64,000 nucleotides of DNA, taken from the NCBI RefSeq assembly GCF_964355755.1, contig NC_092672.1:36648437-36712436 (forward strand), read 5' to 3'. Source of the stretch: Antedon mediterranea (lineage: Eukaryota; Animalia; Echinodermata). Positions 53,890 to 64,000 of the stretch are shown piece by piece (position 1 is the stretch's first letter; each line of letters opens with the position of its first letter). The notes beneath the pieces were generated by a model. That model was given only the letters and a program-made list of their open reading frames with translations, had not been told where the DNA came from and made no database searches. A program made the position numbers and the translations under genes.

Positions 53890-54510
53890 GTTAGTTCTTT
53901 TTTTTTCACATACATAAAATCAAACTAAAGACAACAGACCAAAAAAAAAAAGCATTCGCTTATCGAGTTTTGGCCTTTTAAAATAAATAAAACTTAAACT
54001 AGAACGTATATCATTTCTGAGAAAGAAAAATCTGAAGAAAATTAATTACATAAATGAAAATTAATAACATGATGAGGTAATCTAGAATAAAATAAATCGT
54101 AGGTATAGAATGTGCTCTAAAATCAGAAAACGTAACACAGCGAACCAACATCTTTAAAATAAGTAGAATTTGGTTTAAGTAACTTAAATGTGTACTTCCC
54201 CATACTTCAATACCATAGGTAATTAGTGGTAAAATAAATGATTTATAAATTAACATTAATATACTTTGAGGAAGACAATACCTTAACTTATAAAAAATAC
54301 CTATTTTTGTACGTAATGTTTTACATAAATTGTTGAGATGAGTTTTCCATATAAGATTTTTATCAAGTGATACTCCAACAAACGACACAGTCTCAGCCTC
54401 ATTAATTACTTTATCGTTAACAAAAAGTGAGCCTATCTTATTAATAATTTTGCCCTTATTGTGAAATAAAATATAATTAGTTTTGTTATAGTTGATTTTT
54501 AATTTATTTA
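53890..54510 (-). mobile_element. Degenerate 5'-truncated CR1/L2-group LINE fragment
   Basis: NKLKINYNKTNYILF..SFVGVSLDKNLIWKTHLNNLC..LIYKSFILPLITYGIEVWGST, the typical post-RT region; 3' boundary approximate. Confidence 0.85.
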
Positions 54511-56001
54511 TTAGTTATCCGCATTGAGCGGATAACTCCTTGTAACTGTCCTGTTTCATCATCTTTTTTTTTTTTTTCTGTATTCTTCTTTCTTTCTGTC
54601 ATTTTTGTGTCTCGCGTAACTCAAAAACTTGTAAACATAACATTTCATAACTTTGTCAACTTGTGGGCATTTATGTGAAATTGTGCACCTCCTATTTTGA
54701 ATGACGTCAGAGTTGCGCAACATGACTTACGCGCGTTTTTACGAATTTCGCGTATTTAACATAGATCGAAAACCATATAACAATTTAATATGAAACTTGA
54801 CAAAAGTTTAAGTTATATCTTGCGCTAACTGACTATGGGGAAAAAATGGCATGTTTCACACGAAGTTACGCGCGCACGCGCGTTTAAAATTTCAAAATGC
54901 GAAAAATCAATTTCTAATCACCTTTCTACGCGTTTCATGTAATTTTAAGCATGTAAAAAATTCCCAAGCGCGCGCATTTTTTTACGCGCATGGTGCGAAC
55001 GTACGGGCACGTTGAATTGGATAATTTACGTGCGTTTTTGATGAAAAAGTTTTAAAAATTGTCAAAATTCGTCAAAATTATGCCTTTTTTTAAACAGTCA
55101 TAGATTCTAAACAACGAGGTGAACTTTTTTTAAATTTCATATTCTGGAAGTTGATGAGTTGTAGATATCGGATCATGAATCAATATGGCTAACCGGACAT
55201 TTTGACGTCATCGTATGGCCACACGAATGAAAAATATAGGATTTTTGTCTCTTTCGTTATTGCTCATCATATTCAATGGAGCGCATCACGCCTATCTGTA
55301 TTCCTTTTTCTCCGAGATTTTAATATTGTCTAGGTCAATCAACTATCTTTCGCATGAGTTAAAAATATTTTAATTTTTATGACGCCATCATGCCTAAAAA
55401 TTATAATTAACAGGGTTATTAATTTCATCTTTACAGTAAATTTTAATCTGTTATAGCTCGTAAGAATAAAAAGTGATAATTATGATTAAAACGTTTTCTG
55501 GAAGCTATTGGACTGTAGACACGAATTAATGTGAACATTTTGCCAATCGGATGTTGTGAAGTCATCATATGGCCAGTTGAATAAAAAAAGTCGTATTTTC
55601 ATATTTTGCGTCATGGTTCATCATATTTAAACGAGCACGTATCCATATTCTACGTATTCAAATTTCTTCTACACGTTAATATGTTGTTGGTGAGATAATT
55701 TCCTTCCGAAATTGCTATCTTAGTGTTTAATTTTAATACCGTCGCCATGTTAAAAATTGGAATAAACGGTGGGTCCCGTAATTTCACCATTCTACACTGT
55801 ATGTAATATGTATACAGATTATACTGTATACTATATGACACAAAATAGACAGAATTCAGCACTAACAAGATATGATATTCTTCAGTTCAGGTAATAATGC
55901 CATAATCTTTTTCTGTGTGCAATATTCCAACGTATGACGTGCACGTGGCGTTTGTCGTGCGGATAACTAACTCGTCAAAGTGACGAGTTTCATGTCTAGT
56001 T
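54511..56001 (+). mobile_element. 1.5-kb non-autonomous Helentron/Helitron2-type (HINE-like) element
   Basis: 5' TTAGTTATCCGCA with an adjacent inverted copy GCGGATAACT, then a CT-rich tract. 3' sub-terminal TGCGGATAACTAA (55958-55970, perfect 13-bp inverse), hairpin AACTCGTCA-AAG-TGACGAGTT, then CTAG-TTT. Confidence 0.8.
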
Positions 56002-58060
56002 TATTTTAGGATAGAGATTGAGCATTATCAGTCTTAATGTGTATGCCCCTTTGTAGAAAGAGAATGTTTTTTATTTTCATAAATATTCTGTTTTTATTCT
56101 ATTTATCTATGTATCTAGTTGCTCATTTATTATTAATTTTTCTTTTTTATGCTTCTCGTTTATATCGGAAAAATGTAAAATGTCACAAAAACCATTTACG
56201 TAAACTGTTATTGAGTGTTATTATTTAATGTAAATGGTTTGAATATCATTTACATATTATTCACATATAATAATAACAAAACTGTACTAATTGCGAAATT
56301 CAATATTCACAATGTCATTTACGTTCAAGGCCAATGTAACGTAAAACAATGATATTAAAGTTTAAACCAATCAAACAATTATAAATTGCGTTAAAGCGTG
56401 AACACTTGATTGTAACGCGTCATATAAACTGTGTTTGGATTAAACTCTCAAACAAAGGTTAACCGGCGATGTATAATTAGCTTTTTAATGTCATATATTG
56501 TTATTTAAAAACGACGATTCCTCATTAAAAACAATCCTGATAATCAAATTCAAATTATGCTTTGTCGCTTGGGGTTTGGCGTTATTGGATGTATACAGTG
56601 TGACAACTATTCCAGCTGCGTCAACAATGAGAACGTGACAATGACGGAGTAACGCAATGCCGGCGAACGGAACGCGTTACTGACAAGCACGGTCACATGA
56701 CGATGACGGATAGTAATACGCAACAAAGAACGCACGTACACGTCACTGGTGATTGACAGGAGACAACGCCGACGGGACAATTACGCGACAATGACAGAAT
56801 ACGAACGGTGGATTGCCCAACCGACGACGGTAGGCCGAGACCTGATTCCAAGCATAGCATCACGTAGATACACAATGTGTAATTAACCGGTAATATACAT
56901 AGGAATTGATACAGCATCTTTGGAATCTAAAAACAATTTGTTCACTTTGAAGATGCGACATTTGAAAATGCACCACAAAATGATAATGATGGGTTTCAGT
57001 ATCATAGCTCCTAAATACAGTGTCATTACCGAATATACATTGCCATCTATATACCATAACGAATATAACATATTTACAGAAAGTTCAAATAACAGCACCT
57101 TTTATGCAAAAGTACGAGTAGGCCTAATGATGTTTTTAACGGAAGACTATTTGGTAATAAAATTATCTGAATGATTTTACGAGTCTCGTCAAACTATTCA
57201 GTTTTATAAATAGTAAAATAGCATTGGATAGAACATACTACAAGGGTGGCTTATTTATAGCATTTTTTTTACGTTATACGTTTTACCTGAGACATTGTCT
57301 CAGGTTATACGTGTCACTGAGTTTGGGGTCTACGCCAGGCGTACGTTATACGTTTTACGTATGTTTGTCATGACTTGATGTACTTGTGACACCACTAGGT
57401 CAACATGTGAACGCGGTTTTTATTTAATACTTTTATTGTAGACTAGATTAACGCTCCCAAACTGTTCAAATAAGTTCGATCTTATATTGATTAAAAACGG
57501 GACACTGTACACAAGTGACAGCTAGAAATTATTGCCGTGCAGTCGTTCCGGTTCATATTATATTTCTTTTGGCGGTACGTTTTAGAATTCGAATCATTTC
57601 AACAGCCGCCGTCTACATAGGCAGTGTTCCGTTGAATCTAGGGCGACGGTCTAGTCCTAGCTGTAGGCTACACTTTTCGCCGTGTCTGATATTCTAAACA
57701 GACGTATAAAGTACATGAGCTTACGCATGACAAGTTTGTCAATATACAGGGACAAGAAATACTTTAAAAGAGTTCATGGTTTTAGTGTACTTTAATAAAA
57801 TAGCCGTTATATAGAGACCGCTCGTAGAATGTCGAAGCGAACATACTTATGGAATTATCTGGCCGAACTCCAGCCGATTCTGGTACAGTATCACGTCTAG
57901 CGACGTTCAACATCGTACAGTTATCATGTATACTGATGACAACAGACCCTTACCATAGCACTTCCAATAATATTAACCTACATGTCAGAAGCGTTTTAGA
58001 ATAGTTCTGACGCGTATATTCGGGTATGATAACTCGCCGTTTCTTCCATTCAGAAGTCAA

Positions 58061-58140
58061 TTTACAGCTCACTATGTCGGTCGGTCGGTCGGTAAACACT
58101 AACTTGAGCACGCGACTTCAGTCATCTATATGGCTTTGTT
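58061..58140 (+). mobile_element. 5'-truncated copy of the short HINE-like element seen at 1731-1855
   Basis: ACAGCTCACTATGTCGGTCGG..GTAAACACT..GCGACT..TTGTT shared with 1731-1855, in opposite orientation. Confidence 0.7.
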
Positions 58141-58941
58141 AAAGTTCGATATAATATAGGCCTAACAGAATTAATTTAAAAGTTTTTTAAAAAAGAAAAT
58201 TGATCATATCGACAACATTCTACCATATCGCACTAACTAATTAGGACAGTTCATATTGTACTTTCACCGAGTTATCTAAAAATATTGTTTACAATGAAAT
58301 CGCGTCAACATCTATCGAACGCAATTAGATAATTAGGTCGTCGTCTTCTTATCGTCATTATTCCACGATTATTCTTCTATTATACAGTATTTATAGATTT
58401 AAAACCTAAATTCTTTATTACTGCGCATTATTATTGTAACTTAGTCGACTTTCGGTCTTTATTCGAATAAAAACAATCAACTCTAAATACAATGTAATGT
58501 TATTTTGTCATAATTATAACACAAATGGCAGACGCGCTTTGTAATTAGTATATGCTTTTTAATTAATAGCTCTTAATAAAATAGTATAAAAGAGTATTGT
58601 TCAACAATGCTATTTAAAACAATGACCTATATATGGTTCCTTAAAATACGGCACTACAGAGAATTAATAATTCGTTTTGAAAATACATGAATATTACTTG
58701 TTAATCTAAACATAAATTCGTAATTGTGTAGAAAAACAACGGGCTTCTTTGTCATGCACACTTCCGTCCGGTCGTTGTTCTTTTATATAATTATGTAATA
58801 ATTGGCGAGTCACTTGCTGTTGGATGCGTATGACAAAAAAAACAATTATTCGAAAACTAGAACAGTAATTTCTTTCTAAAACTTTTCTAATACATTGAGG
58901 GCGTCCACACGGGATATTGGGAGTAAATGAAACAGACCTAA

Positions 58942-59211
58942 AGCTTTGTCTAAACTATCAAACTTTATGTGACCAGGGAAGAATGTAATGTCACTCTTCT
59001 CTGATGTGATCATAAATATAGACATACACATGATGTCATATCACTACCATATTTGGACATGTCACTAATATATTTTGGCATGTCATTACCATATTTTGAC
59101 ATGTCACTAATATATTTTGGCATGTCACTACCATATTTGGGCATTTCACTACCATATTTGGGCACATCACACTTTTTTTTGTAAAATTAGTTTGATAGTG
59201 TAGACAGAGCT
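58942..59211. mobile_element. MITE family A with six internal 21-bp units
   Basis: TIRs; six TGTCACTA(CC/AT)ATATTT(G/T)G(G/A)CA-type units at ~59039-59164. Confidence 0.9.
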
Positions 59212-60628
59212 TTGCATTCAATTTAATTATCCTACACTTTCACATTCTCACATGATTTTTTATGTTCGCGGATCCCTCATTTGTTTTGCGATAGTAATCT
59301 CTGCACTGTTATACATTTTTACATTGCTAAAATAATATTTTTGTTATGCTTTCCTCTCTTTTATACACTATATCACATTCAATTCTGAATAGAATTCCTT
59401 GTTTAAAAGATTTCCATAAATTAAAATAACTTTTATTTGTAACATCAGCCAGTATCTTTTGTTTATAAACCGTGAAAGCAGCAAAGGTATAAAATCAGTA
59501 AGAATATTTCTTGTTCCAATTACCAGATTTTGAAAAGACATGTTTATATGATTGGTACCTTTTAACATACATGACTTGTGTTGCTGTAATCAATTCTCTA
59601 TCCATTATCATTATTTACCTAAATTTTCTCTTATAATTTATACATACCATATTCTGTTAATGTATTTCTCATTAAAAAACATGTTCTAATACATATTTTC
59701 TGCTTATATTATTTTCTTTATACATCATTTAACATAAATTATGTTTAATAATCTATTTATTAACTTAGACTATATTTTTCTTTTTTTTAAACACTTTTGT
59801 CTTTTTAAATCTCACATGCAAGAAGAATGTTCATAATACACATACAAGCATGATGTTTTTCTTTTTGTATTTGGGGACCCCAATGGAAATAAGTTTTTTT
59901 ATAAATCCTCAGTTCATTCAGTTAATATTGTTTTCTTGTACCTTTTTTTTTTCTGTGTCTGTGCGTAAAATTAAATGAACTGAAATATAATGAAAATGAA
60001 ATGAATTGTACAGTATATATATACACATACATAAAAGCAGTGTTTTTTTAAACGTCTGAACATTTATATTCAAACAAAACGGACTGCAAGTTCAGGGTTA
60101 TACGTTGCCTATCACCTGTGAGTGTATCATGAGAACGGCTCGAGGGAGACATTAACATTTGCATTGAAATTAACGTCATCATAATGCACATTAGATGGGG
60201 ATACGCGTTTCCTTTAACAATGTACACATTAAGCGGGAATCCTTTACCAGCGAGTTTATTTTGAAATGATTGAATCTAATAAATACGGTGATGATCACAA
60301 AACAGATTGTAGGCCTATGGCTGGTCTGGGTATTTTGTTTTTATTGTTACGTAGATGGCCAAAGGCATGCATGGTCTCTTTATATTAATCGGTTATTTTC
60401 TCCACAAAGCATCAATAAGAATCGAGTTAGCGTAATTGAAGAAATAATGTTACAGCTTGATTTCTGCGTACGTGACCTTTGTATGATAATTCTTCTCTTT
60501 ATGGCGTCATACACGTAATAGCCTAAAATAGTATGCCTACGTAATATATGATTCGCGCACTAGGACGCAACGCAGATGTACAACTCGTAAAGCGTGGTTC
60601 CCACTAGAAGGACGTACACGTAACGTAA

Positions 60629-61586
60629 CTAGAAAAAAATAAACGTATGGCTTAAAGCAAATAAGCTGTTACTGAATGTCAGCAAAACTAATTACGTTGT
60701 TTTTAGAACTAGCCAAAAGAACTTTGACAAAAACCAGTTTAAAATAAAAATGAATAATGTGTTATTACATAGAAAAGAAAATGTGACATTTCTAGGTGTA
60801 ATTTTAAACGAAAATCTTAACTGGAAACATCACATACAGCTTATTAGGAAAAAATGTCTAGGGCAATTGGTATACTTTTAAAAGTAAGAGAATTCTTTCC
60901 TCATAAAGTCCGTATTAGTCTTTATAACACCTTAGTATTACCTCACCTTCAGTATGGTAACTTAATATGGGGAAATACATACAAGAGCACGTTAGAAGTA
61001 ATACTAAAACTCCAAAAGAGAGCTGTAAAATGCATTACCTTCTCTAAATCCAGACAAGCCTCAGAGCCACTGTTTAAGAAACTAAAAATATTAAACGTTT
61101 ATGATATTTACAAAGTAAACGTCATAGGATTTATGGCAAACGTAAAATTCAATGAATTACCACATCACATTTTAAATATTTTTAATTACTGTGACAGTAT
61201 TAGGCCTACTCATAACCTCAGAACAGAAACTGAATTCGAAATTCCCTTCACAAGACTAACTTGCAGTCAACAGTTTATACACATATATGGACCAAAATTG
61301 TGGAAAGAATTCACTTGTAATGGTGGTAATAAACCGGTTATCTTAAAGAAACAAAATAAATGTATAAAAAAACAGGTTAAAAAATACTTTTTATCACTAT
61401 ATGCTGATTAACAACACCTTTGTTTATTTAAGTTCTATATACTTGTTCTTATGTAAAAGGGTCCTACAAAAAAACGAAGCTACAGCTTTTTTATGCAGGA
61501 TCCCTGTTCTCAGTTGTACTGTAATTATGATGTACTGTAATTGATGACTAAATAAATGTGGAATAAATGAAATGAAATGAAATGAA
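60629..61586 (+). mobile_element. 5'-truncated CR1/L2-group LINE with 3' UTR stem-loop and (AAATG)n tail, inserted into a MITE B
   Basis: WLKANKLLLNVSKTNY..FLGVILNENLNWKHHI, a frameshift near 60850, then ORF 60854-61411 (LYNTLVLPHLQYGNLIWG..LQKRAVK..HNLR..GPKLW). Hairpin GGGTCCT..AGGATCCC at ~61459-61504; tail at ~61565-61586. Confidence 0.92.
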
Positions 61587-62207
61587 GCGTGTTAAACAAA
61601 GACAAGCGACAATCACAAATCCATCGTCTGTGATTGGTCAATTCACTTACGTTGCGTTACGTCCTTGTGTTGCGTCTCTAGTGGGAACCAATCATAACTC
61701 TGTGTAGTATTGTATTGCGTCTTAAACCCCACTAGGGCGCGCAACGCAAAGACACACACTTAGCGAAAGTAATTTGATCAATCATTCCATCGGTCTCCTG
61801 TGATTGGTTCAATTGCCTTGCGCGTCAGAGTAGCATTTATTGGCGAAACAAAATACATAAGTACGAACTAAAAAACAGTTATAATACTCACACGTCATCA
61901 TTTTACTTGCAGATTGTCCATATAGGGCCTATATAATTCTCTCTTCTGTCATAATTTGGAGTTTGAGCACGACAAGTCATCGCAGTGAGTCCTGTATCAT
62001 CCAACATTCAACATAGGTTTTGTATGAGCTGTGTCACCAGTCATAAACATAGTATAACATTTATTACTTTTAGAACAGCAGCTCTATAACATATAGGCTG
62101 TTTTATTAATTCGGTATAAACGTACAGTCAACGTAAATAGAATTAATATAGCCATGAATTAACGAACAAAAATGTGTCCTGTGCCATCTAGCACTCGGAT
62201 AATAAAT

Positions 62208-62275
62208 GTATGGTGACGTCATGATAATGATGATGAAAATGATGATGTTGACGATGATAATGATGATGATAATGA
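62208..62275. repeat. (GAT)n imperfect microsatellite
   Basis: GAT/AAT run; explains the His-rich ORF 62188-62373. Confidence 0.85.
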
Positions 62276-63869
62276 AGCAAAAAGTAACAAACCCACATAA
62301 TATGATGAGAACTTAGGAAGAACTCACGTTTGCTTAGTCCACATAGGAGTACAAATGGGTACCAACTTCTCAACTCAAGACATTTTTCTTGTCTTTAGAT
62401 ATTATATATGTTTTTAAATGTTAACCATAACACAATAACATAAATAAAACGAAATAACAAAATATGTAGATAATAAATACGTTGCATTTATTATAGACTT
62501 GTTTGAGCGTGTTTTACACTGAGTATTAAAAACAAACTATAGTAATAATAATTAAAAGATATAACATAAATACGCTGTGTTTTATAATGAGTATTACAAC
62601 AAAAAATGTTTAATAATAATTTTGATTAAGAGATTGCATGCATTACCAGAAGCAGACAACTTAATCTACCACTTTTTGGTATTTAGTATCTACTTAATAC
62701 AATGTTGTTTCTGATGATGACTAAATAAATATCGTACTTAGAGGTAATAATACCGTATATGATTAAGCATCAAGACTGGCATTAAATCTTGCTTAAGTTA
62801 AGAAGAAGCGCTTAAGGTTTTGTCTTAAGAAATTTTTTGATAAAAATAATTAAATAACAATATTTGCTTTAAGGTAGGTCTGTCTACAATATCAAATTAA
62901 AAAAAGATGTGATATGCCCATATATGGACAAAGTTTAATAGTGTAGACAGAGCTTTAGATTATTTTGAAATGGTCAACTGCAAGATATTGGACAAGGCTG
63001 AGATGATTTTTTTTTTCTAAGCATATTTGATAGATCTGGTTTGAAAGATTTTTACAACGTTGAAATGAATCATTTATTTAAAAATGAGTCAACATCAATT
63101 GCATCAATCGTTCAAAATCTACAAACCATAAACGAATTATAAAATTTCTTAAGCCAATCTCAAATTACGCTACTGCTCGAACGATTGCGATGTCAGAGTT
63201 GCAGAGGTGTTTCTACAAAATATGATGCGCCGTCAAATGCTCAACTCCCAGGCAGTAGAAGAATGATGGCATTACATTAAGATGGAAAGTTCATTTTTTA
63301 CATCATCTATAGCCTAGAATATCTTAACCTATACTTGATACCAGCAAATGTCTTCAATCTATACGATGTTTATAATGCCTTCAGGGAGTATATAGTATAC
63401 CTTAAGATCAATTATATAGTAACTTTATAGTTTAAGGCAATGACATATAGAAACCAATATAATAATATATTATTATATAAAGTACATAAAATATATATAT
63501 TATAGATATTATGGCTGTTATTTAAAGGGGAATTAATTCAGTTTTATTTCATTACAAAATATTATTCATTCATGAATATATTTGGCATATAGAAACTATA
63601 CTAGAAGCTGGACTATAAATACTGGATTCTAAAATATCACTTCAAACAATACAGGTTCAGAGGTGAGTAAGACTTCAGTACTGGTCAGTCTGGTACTGGT
63701 CATTGGCTAAAGGCCAAAATATGTTTCAGCTTGTTGAATGTTACTTACATTTCCCCACGTAAAACATTTAAAACATAAGGTTTCTGACAAAAACTTAAAG
63801 GTACAACAAAACCTACTAACCACCAATTATATAATACCAAGTTACCAGATATTGAGTCAATCTTGTAAA

Positions 63870-63930
63870 TTAGACCACAGCTGGAATCGGGTCATCTTCT
63901 GGAAGAGGGCTGAATTTAGGCCTCTTATAC
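63870..63930 (-). CDS. Candidate terminal coding exon of an upstream gene (product unknown)
   Basis: Branch-like cactaat, pyrimidine tract and acceptor ttttatgtcttactacag|G, then YKRPKFSPLPEDDPIPAVV-TAA. AATAAA on the minus strand at 63543-63548. The surrounding DNA looks CpG-poor compared with the rest of the window. Confidence 0.5.
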
Positions 63931-64000
63931 CTGTAGTAAGACATAATAAAATGTACACATTAGTGAATAATCAGAACACTATTTGACCGTATGAATTCCA

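Noticed and set aside
56600-57420. GACGG-rich block and CCTGAGACA-T-TGTCTCAGG palindrome suggesting DNA transposon pieces
   Set aside because: Could not define a TIR pair or TSD.
59870-60005. Possible LINE/SINE 3' tail (GGGGACCCC...(TGAAA)n)
   Set aside because: No recognisable upstream coding remnant or boundaries; too weak to annotate.
63655-63668. Plus-strand 8-nt microexon (tacag|GTTCAGAG|gtgagt)
   Set aside because: Weak pyrimidine tract, no partner exons, and it overlaps the likely 3' UTR of a minus-strand gene.

Overview
AT-rich, repeat-dense eukaryotic (metazoan, probably marine invertebrate) genomic DNA; there is no prokaryotic operon, CRISPR array or intact autonomous element. The only well-supported host gene is on the minus strand. 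A signal-peptide exon (34665-34767) splices in phase across a 28,760-bp intron to a 156-nt exon (5749-5904), giving the start of an ANF-receptor/LIVBP-type N-terminal domain, most like an ionotropic glutamate receptor; the gene continues beyond the left edge. A probable last coding exon of an upstream minus-strand gene lies at 63870-63930. The rest is intron or intergenic DNA. It holds about 40 copies of PIF/Harbinger-type (TWA-flanked) MITEs from at least four families, a hAT-type MITE, Helitron/Helentron-type non-autonomous elements, three truncated LINEs (one RTE-like, two CR1/L2-like), a tRNA-derived element and many tandem repeats. Most ORFs in the track are spurious. I did not find a clearly new biological system. 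The best leads are structural: stacked and nested transposon insertions, a long-range inverted duplication bracketing the receptor exon, a MITE that seeds a minisatellite, and a 1.3-kb frame-preserving mucin-like repeat.
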